From contig OZ219787.1 of assembly GCA_964291285.2 (NCBI GenBank), positions 1,088,001 to 1,152,000 on the forward strand: a DNA stretch of 64,000 nt, given 5' to 3'. Every line of letters starts with the position of its first letter. Positions within the stretch are counted from its first letter, which is position 1. The position numbers were made by a program, and so were the translations under genes. Source of the stretch: Alphaproteobacteria bacterium. Its GTDB lineage: Bacteria; Pseudomonadota; Alphaproteobacteria; Bin95. Positions 40,057 through 52,180 of the stretch are shown here, in pieces. The notes beneath the pieces are model-generated. The model ran no database searches. It was not told the DNA's origin and saw only the letters and a program-made list of their open reading frames with translations.

Positions 40057-41643
40057 ATGAACGACAACCGCCTCTACCTGTTCGACACGACGCTGCGCGA
40101 CGGCGCCCAGACCCAGGGCGTCGATTTCAATGTCGCGGACAAGGCCGCCATCGCGCGCGACCTCGATGCGCTCGGCATCGATTATGTCGAGGGCGGCTGG
40201 CCCGGCGCCAACCCGACGGACGACGGGTTCTTCGCGGACCCGCCAGCGCTCTCCCGCGCCCGCCTCACCGCCTTCGGCATGACGCGCCGGGCCGGGCGGT
40301 CGGCCGCCAACGATCCGGGCCTGGCGGTTACGCTGCGCTCCCGCGTGGATACGGTCTGCCTGGTCGGCAAGTCGGACGCGCGCCATGCCGAGTCGGCGCT
40401 CGGCGTTTCGCTGGACGAGAACCTGGCGATGATCCGAGATTCCATCGCGGAGATCGTCCGGCGCAACAAGGAAGCGCTGTTCGATGCGGAGCACTTCTTC
40501 GACGGCTGCAAGGCCAACCCGGACTATACGCTCAAGGTGCTGGAGACGGCGCTGGAGGCGGGCGCGCGCTGGGTCGTGCTCTGCGACACCAACGGCGGCG
40601 CGCTGCCCCATGAAGTCGAGGCGGCGGTCGCACGGGCGGCCGACATCGTGCCGGGGAGCCGGCTCGGCATCCACACCCACAACGACACCGGCAACGCCGT
40701 CGCCAACACGCTGGCGGCGGTGCGCGCCGGGGCGCGGCAGGTGCAAGGGACGCTGAACGGCCTCGGCGAGCGTTGCGGCAATGCCGACCTGGTGACGCTG
40801 CTGCCGACGCTCACTCTCAAGATGGGCTTCGAAACCGGGGTTCCGGCGGACGGGCTGGAGCGCCTCACCCAGGTCTCGCGGGCGTTCGACGAGCGGCTCA
40901 ACCGCCCGTCGAACCGCCATGCGCCCTATGTCGGCGCCTCGGCCTTCGCGCACAAGGCGGGCCTGCACGTCTCGGCGGTGGAAAAGGACCCGGGCTTCTA
41001 CGAGCACATCGCGCCGGAGGCGGTCGGCAACAAGCGCCAGATCCTGGTCTCCGACCAATCGGGCCGCGCGAACATCCTCGCGCGCTTCCGGGAGATCGGC
41101 CTCGACGTGGACCGCGACGACCCGCGCGTCGCGCGCCTTGTCGATCTGGTGAAGGAGCGCGAGTTCCAAGGCTACGCCTATGACGGCGCGCTGGCGAGCT
41201 TCGAGCTTCTGGCCCACCGGATGCTCCAGACGGTGCCCGACTACTGGTCGCTCGACAGCTTCCGCGTCACCGACGAACGGCGCCTCAACGCAAGGCGCGA
41301 GCTGGTGACCATGTCGGAAGCCGTGGTCAAGCTCACCGTCGGCGGGCGCCGGTCCATGGAGGTGGCGGAGGGCAACGGGCCGGTGAACGCGCTCGACGCC
41401 GCGCTCCGCCAGGCGCTGCTGCCGGCCTATGCCTGTCTCGAAGGCGTGCGCCTCACCGACTACCGGGTGCGCATCCTCACGCCGGGCGACGGCACGGCGG
41501 CCGTCACCCGGGTGCTGATCGAGAGCGCCGACGAGACGGGCGGGCGCTGGACCACGGTCGGCGTCTCGGAGAACATCATCAATGCGTCCTACGAGGCCCT
41601 GAACGACAGCCTGACCTACAAGCTGCTCAACGCCGGACGGTGA
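40057..41643 (+). CDS. cimA: Citramalate synthase
   Basis: LFDTTLRDGAQTQG, EGGWPGANP, DAEHFFDG, LCDTNGG, GIHTHND, AFAHKAGLH, EGNGPVNALD. Confidence 0.9.
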   Translation: MNDNRLYLFDTTLRDGAQTQGVDFNVADKAAIARDLDALGIDYVEGGWPGANPTDDGFFADPPALSRARLTAFGMTRRAGRSAANDPGLAVTLRSRVDTVCLVGKSDARHAESALGVSLDENLAMIRDSIAEIVRRNKEALFDAEHFFDGCKANPDYTLKVLETALEAGARWVVLCDTNGGALPHEVEAAVARAADIVPGSRLGIHTHNDTGNAVANTLAAVRAGARQVQGTLNGLGERCGNADLVTLLPTLTLKMGFETGVPADGLERLTQVSRAFDERLNRPSNRHAPYVGASAFAHKAGLHVSAVEKDPGFYEHIAPEAVGNKRQILVSDQSGRANILARFREIGLDVDRDDPRVARLVDLVKEREFQGYAYDGALASFELLAHRMLQTVPDYWSLDSFRVTDERRLNARRELVTMSEAVVKLTVGGRRSMEVAEGNGPVNALDAALRQALLPAYACLEGVRLTDYRVRILTPGDGTAAVTRVLIESADETGGRWTTVGVSENIINASYEALNDSLTYKLLNAGR

Positions 41644-42356
41644 GCCGCCCGCCCGCCATCCTGCTGGTGCGCCCGCAGCTCGGCGGGAATATCGGCATGG
41701 CGGCCCGCGCCATGCTGAATTGCGGGCTGGACGAACTCAGGCTCGTCGCCCCGCGCGACGGCTGGCCGAACCCGGCGGCGCAGGCGGCGGCGGCCGGCGC
41801 GGACGCCGTGATCGGGAATGCGCGCGTCTTCGGCACGGCGGCGGAGGCTGTGGCCGACCTGCAACTCGTGCTGGCGGCGACGGCGCGGCGGCGCGATGTC
41901 GAGAAGCCCGTCCACGGCCCCCGCGAAGCGGCCCGCCTGCTGCGCGACTCCGGCGCGCGGACGGGCGTGCTGTTCGGGCCGGAACGCAGCGGCCTCGACA
42001 ATGACGAACTGGGTCTCGCCGCCGCCATCGTTGAGGCCCCGCTCAACCCGGCGTTCCCGTCGCTCAATCTCGCCCAGGCCGTGTTCCTGGTGGCATGGGA
42101 GTGGCGCATGGCAGGCCCGCCGCCCCAACCGCCGCCGCCGAGCGGGCTTGCCGCAGCGGAAGCCTTCGAGGGCTTCTGGCAGCATCTCGACGGCGCGCTC
42201 GACGCCGCCGGCTACTACCGCGAACCGAAGCTCAAGCCCACCGTCCAGCGCAATCTCCGCGCCGTCTTCGCCCGCGCCGGCCTCACCGACCAGGAGGTCC
42301 GCACGCTCCGCGGCGTCGTTGCGCGGTTGGCTTCGGGAAGTCGAAACAAGGGCTAG
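41640..42356 (+). CDS. trmJ: SPOUT RNA methyltransferase (TrmJ/LasT family)
   Basis: ILLVRPQLGGNIG.AARAM.N, LFGPERSGL.N.EL, SLNLAQAV. Confidence 0.88.
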   Translation: MSRPPAILLVRPQLGGNIGMAARAMLNCGLDELRLVAPRDGWPNPAAQAAAAGADAVIGNARVFGTAAEAVADLQLVLAATARRRDVEKPVHGPREAARLLRDSGARTGVLFGPERSGLDNDELGLAAAIVEAPLNPAFPSLNLAQAVFLVAWEWRMAGPPPQPPPPSGLAAAEAFEGFWQHLDGALDAAGYYREPKLKPTVQRNLRAVFARAGLTDQEVRTLRGVVARLASGSRNKG

Positions 42357-42369
42357 CGGCTTCCTCCCC

Positions 42370-43284
42370 TCACTCCAGCCCCATGAGGCTGCGGGCGAAG
42401 TCGCGGGGGGCGAAGGGGCGGAGGTCTTCCTCGCCTTCGCCGACGCCGACGGCGTGGACCGGCAGGCCGACGCTCTCCGCGAGCGCCACGACGACGCCGC
42501 CCCTGGCCGAGCCGTCGAGCTTGGTCACGACGAGGCCCGTCACCTCCGCCATGTCCCGGAAGGCGCGGACCTGTTGCATCGCGTTCTGCCCGGTGGTCGC
42601 GTCCAGCGTCAGCACGGTGTCGTGCGGCGCGTCCGCGTCCTGCTTGGCGATCACGCGGGCGATCTTGCCGAGTTCGTCCATCAGGTTGGCCTTGTTGTGC
42701 AACCGCCCGGCCGTGTCGATCAGCAGGATATCGGTCCCGTCGCGGATCGCCTGTCCGTGGGCGTCGAAGACGAGGCCGGCGGCGTCCGCCCCCGCCGGCC
42801 GGGCCACGACAGGCGCGCCGACCCGCTCGCCCCAGAGCTGCAACTGCTCCACCGCCGCCGCCCGGAAGGTGTCGCCGGCCGCCAGCAGCACGGAGCGCCC
42901 CTCGGCGCGGAAGGCGTGGGCGAGCTTGCCGATCGTCGTCGTCTTGCCGGTGCCGTTCACGCCCACCACCAGGATGACGTGGGGCTTGCGCGCCGGATCG
43001 GGCATGAGCGGGCGGGCCACCGGCTCCAGCAGGCCGGCGATTTCCTCCGCCAGCACGCCGCGCACTTCCTCGCCCGACACCTCCTTGCCGAAGCGTGTCT
43101 GCGCGAGGCCGGATGCCAGGCGCGCGGCTGTGGCCGGCCCGAGGTCCGCCATGATGAGCAGGTCCTCCAGCTCCTCCAGCGCGTCACCGTCCAGCCGGCG
43201 CCGGTTGAAGATGCCCGCAATCCCGTCCGCGAGGCGGTCGGAGGATCGCGACAGCCCCTGCCTCAGCCGCTGAAGCCAGCTCAC
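42370..43284 (-). CDS. ftsY: Signal recognition particle receptor FtsY
   Basis: GVNGTGKTTTIGKLA, DTFRAAA, DTAGRLH, TKLDGSARGG. Confidence 0.96.
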   Translation of the reverse strand: MSWLQRLRQGLSRSSDRLADGIAGIFNRRRLDGDALEELEDLLIMADLGPATAARLASGLAQTRFGKEVSGEEVRGVLAEEIAGLLEPVARPLMPDPARKPHVILVVGVNGTGKTTTIGKLAHAFRAEGRSVLLAAGDTFRAAAVEQLQLWGERVGAPVVARPAGADAAGLVFDAHGQAIRDGTDILLIDTAGRLHNKANLMDELGKIARVIAKQDADAPHDTVLTLDATTGQNAMQQVRAFRDMAEVTGLVVTKLDGSARGGVVVALAESVGLPVHAVGVGEGEEDLRPFAPRDFARSLMGLE

Positions 43285-44525
43285 GCCGCCAGCACCTCCG
43301 CGACCAGCCGGTCCTTCTCCACCCGGCGGACCCGCGCGCGCCGGACCGAACCGGGCAGGGCAGGCCCTTCGAGACGGGCGGGCGCGAACTGCTCGGTGCG
43401 CCCGACGCCTTCCTTCTCCACGGCGACGCGCTCGGTCATCCCGACCCGGCTTGCGAGGAAGCGCCCGGCCGCAGCCTCCCCGGCGGCCCTGAGCCGGCGG
43501 GCGCGTTCCTTGCGAAGCGGCGCGGGCACCTGCGGCATCCGCGCCGCCGGCGTGCCCCGGCGCGGGGAGTAGGGGAAGACATGCAGCCAGGTGAGAAGGC
43601 AGGCTTCCACCAGATCGAGGCTGCCGGCGAACATCGCTTCGGTCTCGGTCGGGAAGCCGGCGATCAGGTCCGCCCCGAAGGCGATTTCAGGGCGCAACGC
43701 CTTCAGCCGCTCGCAAAGCGAGACGACGTCGGCCGCGCTGTGCCGGCGCTTCATGCGCTTCAGCACCATGTCGTCGCCCGCCTGCACGGAGAGGTGCAGA
43801 TGCGGCATCAGCCGGGGCTCTTCGGCCAGCAGCCGGAAAAGCTCGTCGTCGACGGCGGCGGGATCGACGGAGGAAAGCCTGAGCCGGCGCAGCTCCGGCA
43901 CCTGCGCCAGCAGGCGGCGGACCAGCTGCCCGAGCCGGGGCGCGCCCGGCAGGTCGGCGCCCCAGGACGCAATGTCCACGCCGGTCAGCACGATTTCGGC
44001 CGCGCCCGCCTCCAGCAGGCGGCGGACCTGCGCGGCGACCCCGCCGAGCGGCACGCTGCGGCCGGGGCCGCGGCCGTAAGGGATGATGCAAAAGGTGCAG
44101 CGATGGTCGCAGCCCTGCTGCACCTGCACGAAGGCCCGCGCCCGGCCGCCGAACCCGTCCAGCAGGTGCGCCGCCGTCTCGCGCACGCTCATGATGTCGT
44201 CCACCAGCGCCGGTGGCGCGTCCGGCTTCCAGGCCCCGGTGGTCAGCTTCTCGGCATTGCCGACGACCCGGTCCACCTCCTCCATAGCGAGCCAGCGTTC
44301 CGGCGCGATCTGGGCGGCGCAGCCTGTCACCACGATCTGCACGCCGGGCCGTTCGCGCCGGGCCCTGCGGATCGCCTGCCGCGCCTGCCGCTCGGCCTCC
44401 GCCGTCACCGCGCAGGTGTTGAAGACCACGGCTTCGCCGCAACCGGCCTCGGCCGTCAGCTGGCGCATGGCCTCGGACTCCCAGGCGTTCAGGCGGCAGC
44501 CGAAGGTGACGATCTCTGCGGTCAC
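43281..44525 (-). CDS. mtaB: tRNA t6A37 methylthiotransferase MtaB
   Basis: TFGCRLN, NTCAVT, GCDHRCTFCIIP, FPYSPR.GT; lies between dapF and ftsY. Confidence 0.93.
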   Translation of the reverse strand: MTAEIVTFGCRLNAWESEAMRQLTAEAGCGEAVVFNTCAVTAEAERQARQAIRRARRERPGVQIVVTGCAAQIAPERWLAMEEVDRVVGNAEKLTTGAWKPDAPPALVDDIMSVRETAAHLLDGFGGRARAFVQVQQGCDHRCTFCIIPYGRGPGRSVPLGGVAAQVRRLLEAGAAEIVLTGVDIASWGADLPGAPRLGQLVRRLLAQVPELRRLRLSSVDPAAVDDELFRLLAEEPRLMPHLHLSVQAGDDMVLKRMKRRHSAADVVSLCERLKALRPEIAFGADLIAGFPTETEAMFAGSLDLVEACLLTWLHVFPYSPRRGTPAARMPQVPAPLRKERARRLRAAGEAAAGRFLASRVGMTERVAVEKEGVGRTEQFAPARLEGPALPGSVRRARVRRVEKDRLVAEVLAA

Positions 44526-45361
44526 GGCCCTGCCTCCGGCACATGCGCTTCGAACTCGCCCCGGAAGCTCACCGCGGCCGGCCCGGTCATCAGCAGGTGG
44601 CCGTCGCTCTCGCGCCACTCGATGAAGAGCGGCCCGCCGTCGAGGCGCACTTCCATCCGCCGCCCGCCGAGGCCCCGGCGATAGGCGGCAGCGGCCGCCG
44701 CGCAGGCCCCGGTGCCGCAGGCGCGGGTGACGCCGACTCCCCGCTCCCAGACGCGCAGCCGCATGGCGTCCCGGCCCTGCATCTCCGCCACGCCCACATT
44801 GACGCGCTCCGGGAACGTTGCGTCATGCTCGATCTCGGGGCCCCATCGTTCCAGGTCCACGCCCCCGGCATCCTCCACGAAAAAGGTGGCGTGCGGGTTG
44901 CCGATATTCGTCGCCGTCGGCCCTGCCAGCGGGCCATAAGCCAAATCCAGACGGAGCGTGTCGGCCGGACCGGCGAGTGGAATCTCGTCCCAGGCGAGCC
45001 GCGCCGGCCCCATATCGACCCGCACCAGCCCGGCGTCGGCGCGCGCCGCCCGGAGCGTTCCCGCGACGGTCTCCACCGCCGCTTCGTCCCGCCCGCATTC
45101 GTCGAACAGGAGCGCCGCCACGCAGCGCGTGCCGTTGCCGCAGGCCTCGACTTCGCCGCCGTCGGCGTTGCGGATTTCCATGAACACGTCGCCGCCGCGC
45201 ATGGGCGGGCGCAGCACCATGAACTGGTCGCAGCCGATGCCGGTGCGCCGGTCCGCCACGCGGCGGTAACCCGCCTCGGACCAGCCGAGCGGCCGGGCGC
45301 GCGCGTCCAGCACGACGAAATCATTGCCGAGCCCGTGCATCTTGACGAAGGGAATGCCCAT
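44522..45361 (-). CDS. dapF: Diaminopimelate epimerase
   Basis: FVKMHGLGNDF, CGNGTRC, GNPH, VWERG.G.T.ACGTGA. Confidence 0.95.
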   Translation of the reverse strand: MGIPFVKMHGLGNDFVVLDARARPLGWSEAGYRRVADRRTGIGCDQFMVLRPPMRGGDVFMEIRNADGGEVEACGNGTRCVAALLFDECGRDEAAVETVAGTLRAARADAGLVRVDMGPARLAWDEIPLAGPADTLRLDLAYGPLAGPTATNIGNPHATFFVEDAGGVDLERWGPEIEHDATFPERVNVGVAEMQGRDAMRLRVWERGVGVTRACGTGACAAAAAAYRRGLGGRRMEVRLDGGPLFIEWRESDGHLLMTGPAAVSFRGEFEAHVPEAGP

Positions 45362-45538
45362 GGCCTGCTCGCGACCTCCAAACGCCGCTCCCGGCAGCGG
45401 CGGGACCCTATCTAGGGCCGAAGCCCATCCTCCGCAACGGCGGCGGCTGCCTTGACGGTTCCGGGACCGACTCATACGAATCGTCAAAACGAAGGTGCGG
45501 CCAACCGCGCAATCGGCGCAACCCAAGGAGTTGGACCG

Positions 45539-45868
45539 ATGGCAGACCCCGACGCCAGACCCTATGTCATCGAACGCCGCGAGACGGTGGCGGAAACCGA
45601 CACGCTGCGGGTTGGCATACTGACGCTCGCGGCGGGGCAGGAAGTGCCCTGGCACTATCACAGCGAGATCGAGGACACCTTCTACTGCCTGGAAGGCACG
45701 CTCTCGGTGGAAACCCGTGCGCCCAGGGCGCAGCACCTGCTCGAGGTCGGCGAAAGCTGCGCCGTGCCGAAGATGACCGCGCACCGTGTCACGGGGAAGG
45801 CTGGCAGCCGCGCCCGCTTCCTGATCGTGCAGGGCATAGGCACCTACGACTTCTGCCCGGTCGGCTGA
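45539..45868 (+). CDS. Cupin domain protein
   Basis: VPWHYHSEIEDTFYCLEG, TAHRV; AAGGAG RBS. Confidence 0.85.
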   Translation: MADPDARPYVIERRETVAETDTLRVGILTLAAGQEVPWHYHSEIEDTFYCLEGTLSVETRAPRAQHLLEVGESCAVPKMTAHRVTGKAGSRARFLIVQGIGTYDFCPVG

Positions 45869-46038
45869 ACGCTGATTCCGGAAAGCAAGCCCCTGCGTGC
45901 AGAGGGCGGCGGCCCGCTGAAGCTCACCTTCGAATTGCACCGGCAGAGGCCCAAGGGTGACGGCGGCGGGCGAAACAATGCAGAATGGCCGCCACCGAAC
46001 GGGGAGGCGGCGGTATCGCCGCGACTTGGGGGAAGCGC

Positions 46039-46821
46039 ATGGAGTTCGAAGGCCGGACCGTCATCGTGACGGGCGCAGGCACGGGTGTGGGGGCGGCTGC
46101 CGCGACGCGCCTCGCCGGGGGCGGCGCCAACATCATCGTCAACTACTCCCGCAGCCGGGACGAGGCGGAGGCCGTGGCGGGCGCCTGCCGGGAGGCGGGC
46201 GGCGACGCCGCGGCGGTGCAGGGCGATGTGGCGGATGACGGTGACTGCAAGCGTCTCGCCGGGGAAGCCGTCGCGCGCTGGGGTCGGATCGATGGCCTTA
46301 TCAACAGTGCCGGCACGACGGTGTTCCGGCCCGGCAACGACTTCGAGACCCTCTCGCAGGAGGACTTCCAGCGCATCTACAGCGTAAATGTCGTCGGCGC
46401 CTTCCTGATGACCCGGGCGGTGGCGGCGCAGATGAAGTCCCAAGGCAGCGGCAGCGTTGTCAACATATCGTCCATTGCGGGCGTGATGGGCGTCGGCAGC
46501 TCTATCGCCTATGCGGCGTCCAAGGGCGCGCTGAATACGCTGACGCTTTCGCTGGCGCGCGCGCTCGCGCCCGAGATCCGGGTTAACACGGTGGCGCCCG
46601 GCTTCATCACCGGCCGCTGGTGGCGCGAGAAGATGGGCGAGGGCTACGACAAGATGGTCGCCAACACCGAGGCGGCGACGCCGCTCAAGCGGGCCGGCAC
46701 GCCGGAGGACATGGCGGCGGCGGCCGTCTGGCTGCTCTGCGGCGACATCAACATCACCGGCGAAATCCTGATCTCTGACGCCGGCATGCATCTCGGCGCA
46801 GCGCCCCTCAAGGCGCGCTGA
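46039..46821 (+). CDS. Short-chain dehydrogenase/reductase
   Basis: TGAGTGVG, INSAG, YAASK, IRVNTVAPG. Confidence 0.92.
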   Translation: MEFEGRTVIVTGAGTGVGAAAATRLAGGGANIIVNYSRSRDEAEAVAGACREAGGDAAAVQGDVADDGDCKRLAGEAVARWGRIDGLINSAGTTVFRPGNDFETLSQEDFQRIYSVNVVGAFLMTRAVAAQMKSQGSGSVVNISSIAGVMGVGSSIAYAASKGALNTLTLSLARALAPEIRVNTVAPGFITGRWWREKMGEGYDKMVANTEAATPLKRAGTPEDMAAAAVWLLCGDINITGEILISDAGMHLGAAPLKAR

Positions 46822-46896
46822 TACCCCGTTCGGGACGGAAGACCCGGTGCAGAATCCGTTCTGGTAGGCACCGCGTTTCGGTTCGGGCCGGAATTT

Positions 46897-46926
46897 GTCG
46901 CCCCGGACCCCGATTCGGGGTGACGG
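46897..46926. repeat. Degenerate REP-like palindrome (same family as 52049-52180)
   Basis: GTCGCCCCGGACCCCGATTCGGGGTGACGG between convergent genes. Confidence 0.5.
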
Positions 46927-46972
46927 CTGGGGCTCTGTCGACGACTCCGTTCCAACCCAAACGGATCGCTCG

Positions 46973-48481
<1,509 letters not shown>

Positions 48482-48588
48482 CGCTCGGTCCTCTCCGGAA
48501 AACGAGGGTGGCGGCGGGCGTTCCCGCAGCCGCCGTTTCGATTTTCACTCATAGCCGCGCCCAAGGGCAAGCCCGTCGCCCCGGCCGC

Positions 48589-51500
48589 TCACCAGGTGTC
48601 GATGAAGGCGTATTTCTTGCCCTCGCGCGGCGGCGCGGGCGGCAGGCGTTTCAGGCTGTTCACGATCCAGCGCCGCGTTTCCGCCGGGTCGATCACGTCG
48701 TCGAGCCCCCCGCCCGCCGCGGCGTTGACGGCGCGGGCGCGCTCATAGGCGTCGGCGACCCGGCGGTCGAACTCGGCCTTGCGCGCCTCCGGGTCCTCGA
48801 TGGAGGCCAGAACCGGGCGGAAGCCGAGCTTCACCGCGCCCTCGATATTCATGCCGGCGAACTCCGCCGTCGGCCACGCCACCATGCAGAAACTGACCAG
48901 CGCGCTTGCCCCGCACATGGCCTGCACGCCGAGCCCGTAGGCCTTGCGGACGATGACGCCGAACATCGGCACGCTGAGGTTCGCGCCGGTGTTGAAGAGC
49001 CGTGTGCAATGGCGGACCAGAGCCGTGCGCTCGTGGTCCGGGCCGACCATGATGCCGGGGCAGTCCATCAGGCTCAGCACCGGAATGTCGAAGGCGTCGC
49101 AGAGTTGCAGGAAGCGCGCGCCCTTGTCCGCGCCGTCGGAATCGACCGCGCCGGCCAGGTGGTGGGGGTTGTTGGCGATGACGCCCATCGGGCGGCCCTC
49201 GATGCGGATGAGGCAGGTGATGATGCCGATGCCGAATTGTTCGCGCAGTTCCAGAACGGAGTCCCTGTCGGCGAGCGTGCGGATGATCTCCCGCATGTCG
49301 TAGAGGCGCACCCGGTTCTCCGGCACCGCATGGCGCAGCATCCGCTGGTCCCCGCCTTCCTCCCAGCGATCCGTCGGCCCCTGGAAATAGGAGAGGTAGC
49401 GCTTGGCGGTATCGACCGCTTCGTCCTCGTCCTCGACGAGGATATCGACCACGCCATTCTTTACTTGGAAGTCCATGGGCCCCACCTCCTCTGGCGTATA
49501 GACGCCGAGGCCGCCGCCCTCGATCATGGCGGGGCCGCCCATGGCGATGGTGGAGCTTTTCGTTGCGATGATGACGTCGCAGCAGGCGAGCAGGGCGGTG
49601 TTGCCGGCGAAGCAGCGTCCGTTGTTGATCCCGACCAGCGGTACGAGGCCGCTCAGCCTCGAGAAGGTGGTGAAGGTGTCGGTGTCGAAGGCGACGCGCG
49701 GGCCGGTATTGTCGTCGCCCGGCCGCCCGCCGCCGCCCTCCGAGAACAGCACCACCGGCAGCCGGAAGCGCTGCGCCAGCTCGAACATCCGGTCCTGCTT
49801 GTAGTGGTTGCGCCGGCCCTGGGTGCCGGCCAGCACGGTGTAGTCGTAATGCACGACGACGGCCCGCGAGCGCGCATCGTCGAAGTCGGCGCCGTTGATC
49901 GAGGCCGTGCCCGCCACCACGCCGTCGGCCGGGTATTTCCGCCTGAGCGTCTCGATGTCGTAGCGCTGGTGCTGGAGGGCGGTGAGCAGCGGCCAGTATT
50001 CCTGGAAGGAGCCGGGGTCCACCAGCTGGTCGATGTTCTCGCGCGGCATCCGGTAGCCCATGCCGTGCCGCCGGGCGACGGCCTCCGGGCGGTTCCCGTC
50101 CAGGGTCCAGGCGTGGCGCGCGACCACCTCTTCGAGGTCCGGGCGGATGAAGTCCGGATCGACCTCCCGGCCGCCCTCGGCGAAATCGCCCTCGACCTCC
50201 GCCGGCTCGATGAAGGCGATGGGCCAGCCTTCGCGGACCACGTCGCCCTGCTCCATCGTCACCCGGCGCACGATCCCGGCGCGCTCCGCCCGGATCTCGT
50301 GCTCCATCTTCATCGCCTCGACCACGGCGACCGGCTGGCCCGCCAGAACCCGGTCGTTCTCCGCGACCAGCAGCGCAACGATGGTGCCCTGGATGGGCGA
50401 CGCCACGCCGGCGAGGCCCTCCGGTTCCGGCGGCCGGCGCCGCTCCTGCTCCGCCTCTGCGGCCTTGACCGCGCGGTCGTGGGCGAACAGCGCCAGCGGG
50501 TCGGTGCTGTCCACGCGCGCGCCGGCGAAGCCGTCCCCGCCGTTCGCCTGTGCAGCGCCGGCGGCGAAGCGGGGCCGCAACCCTTCCGGCGGGGCGGCCA
50601 GCGCGGCGGCCTCCTCCTCCACCCAGCGCGTGTGGGTCCGCCCGGCGGCGAAATCCTCATGCGCCAGCACGTTCATCAGGAAGGGAATGTTGGTCGCCAC
50701 GCCTTCGATACGGAACTCGGCGAGCACCCGCCTGGTCCGCGCCGCGGCATCCGCAAAATCCGGAGAGGGCGAGTGGCAGACCGCCTTGGCGAGCAGCGAG
50801 TCGAAGGCGGTGCTCGTGCGGTAGCCCGCATAGCCGAAGCCGTCCACCCGCACGCCCGGTCCGCTCGGCGCCTCGTAGGCCTCGATCAGCCCGGCCTCCG
50901 GCCGCACCGAGCCGTCGGCAGCCACCGTCTCCATGTTCACCCGCGCCTGGATCGCATGGCCGCGCGGGCGGGCGGCGGCGGGGTCGTCGAGGCCGAGCCC
51001 GGCGAGCGTCGCGCCGCCGGCCAGCCGGAACTGGGCCTCGACGAGATCGACGCCGGTAACGGCCTCCGTCACCGTGTGCTCGACCTGCAGCCGGGCATTG
51101 GCCTCGATGAAGGCGAACGCCGTGCCCTCCGGTTTCTTGCCGGCGTCCACGAGGAATTCGAAGGTGCCGAGATTGACATAGCCGACCGACCGGGCGAGCC
51201 GCACGGCTGCTTCGGCCATCTCGCGGCGCAACTCGGGATCGAGCCCCGGCGCGGGCGCGGTCTCGACGATCTTCTGGTAGCGGCGCTGGACGCTGCATTC
51301 GCGTTCGCCCAGATGCACGGCGTGGCCCGTCCGGTCGCCGAGCACCTGGACCTCGATATGCCGGGCGCGGGGGATGAAGGCCTCGACATACACCTCGCCG
51401 CAGCCGAACGCGGCCTCCGCCTCGGACCGGCAGCGCGCCCAGGCCGGCCCGACCTCGCCGGCCTCGAACACGGCGCGGGCCCCCCGCCCGCCGCCGCCGG

Positions 51501-51984
51501 CGAGTGCCTTTATCATCATCGCGCCGCCGGACCCGAGCGAGTCGAAAAAGGCCTGCGCCTCTTCCAGAGATACGGCGCGGTCGATGCCCTCCGGGACGGG
51601 CACGCCCGCCGCGCGCGCCGCCTTGCGCGCCTCCGCCTTGTCCCCGAAGAGGCGCAGATGTTTCGGGTCGGGCCCGACGAAGCACAGGCCGGCCGCCGCG
51701 CAGGCCTCCGCAAATTCCGCGCGCTCCGAGAGGAAGCCGTAGCCCGGATGAACCGCGTCGTAGCCGCCGTCGCAGGCGGTCTTCACGATCTGCCCGATAT
51801 CGAGATAGGCCGCCGGTCCCGTCCCGGAGAGCGGGTGCGCCTCGTCCGCCATGCGCGTGTGCAGGCTGGCGGCGTCGTCCTCGGAATAGACGGCGCCCGC
51901 GCGCAGGCCGAGGTCGGCGGCGGCGCGCGCAATGCGGATGGCGATCTCGCCCCGGTTGGCGATCAGGACGGCGGAGAGGGTCAT
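48589..51984 (-). CDS. Single-chain acyl-CoA carboxylase (biotin carboxylase-BCCP-carboxyltransferase fusion)
   Basis: LIANRGEIA, HPGYGFLSE, ERECSVQRR.QK, RLQVEH; EAMKM biotin site; CT domains YTVLAGTQG, EGGGGRPGD, D.PG.MVGP. Confidence 0.92.
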   Translation of the reverse strand: MTLSAVLIANRGEIAIRIARAAADLGLRAGAVYSEDDAASLHTRMADEAHPLSGTGPAAYLDIGQIVKTACDGGYDAVHPGYGFLSERAEFAEACAAAGLCFVGPDPKHLRLFGDKAEARKAARAAGVPVPEGIDRAVSLEEAQAFFDSLGSGGAMMIKALAGGGGRGARAVFEAGEVGPAWARCRSEAEAAFGCGEVYVEAFIPRARHIEVQVLGDRTGHAVHLGERECSVQRRYQKIVETAPAPGLDPELRREMAEAAVRLARSVGYVNLGTFEFLVDAGKKPEGTAFAFIEANARLQVEHTVTEAVTGVDLVEAQFRLAGGATLAGLGLDDPAAARPRGHAIQARVNMETVAADGSVRPEAGLIEAYEAPSGPGVRVDGFGYAGYRTSTAFDSLLAKAVCHSPSPDFADAAARTRRVLAEFRIEGVATNIPFLMNVLAHEDFAAGRTHTRWVEEEAAALAAPPEGLRPRFAAGAAQANGGDGFAGARVDSTDPLALFAHDRAVKAAEAEQERRRPPEPEGLAGVASPIQGTIVALLVAENDRVLAGQPVAVVEAMKMEHEIRAERAGIVRRVTMEQGDVVREGWPIAFIEPAEVEGDFAEGGREVDPDFIRPDLEEVVARHAWTLDGNRPEAVARRHGMGYRMPRENIDQLVDPGSFQEYWPLLTALQHQRYDIETLRRKYPADGVVAGTASINGADFDDARSRAVVVHYDYTVLAGTQGRRNHYKQDRMFELAQRFRLPVVLFSEGGGGRPGDDNTGPRVAFDTDTFTTFSRLSGLVPLVGINNGRCFAGNTALLACCDVIIATKSSTIAMGGPAMIEGGGLGVYTPEEVGPMDFQVKNGVVDILVEDEDEAVDTAKRYLSYFQGPTDRWEEGGDQRMLRHAVPENRVRLYDMREIIRTLADRDSVLELREQFGIGIITCLIRIEGRPMGVIANNPHHLAGAVDSDGADKGARFLQLCDAFDIPVLSLMDCPGIMVGPDHERTALVRHCTRLFNTGANLSVPMFGVIVRKAYGLGVQAMCGASALVSFCMVAWPTAEFAGMNIEGAVKLGFRPVLASIEDPEARKAEFDRRVADAYERARAVNAAAGGGLDDVIDPAETRRWIVNSLKRLPPAPPREGKKYAFIDTW

Positions 51985-52048
51985 GGCGTCTCCCTTGGGG
52001 TCGTTGCGGCGCGCGCGGCGTCTCCGGTCCGCCCCGTATCGCCCCTTT

Positions 52049-52180
52049 CCGTCACCCCGGACTTGATCCGGGGTCCACCCCTGACCGTTTGTACCCGCCG
52101 CAGCCGGTGGAGGGCAGACCCAACCGCCGAGGCTGCCGGGAGAGCCGGAGATGGACCCCGGATCAAGTCCGGGGTGACGG
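52049..52180. repeat. REP/RIME-like element: two 29-bp perfect inverted arms, each internally palindromic
   Basis: CCGTCACCCCGGACTTGATCCGGGGTCCA (52049-52077) and TGGACCCCGGATCAAGTCCGGGGTGACGG (52152-52180). Confidence 0.9.
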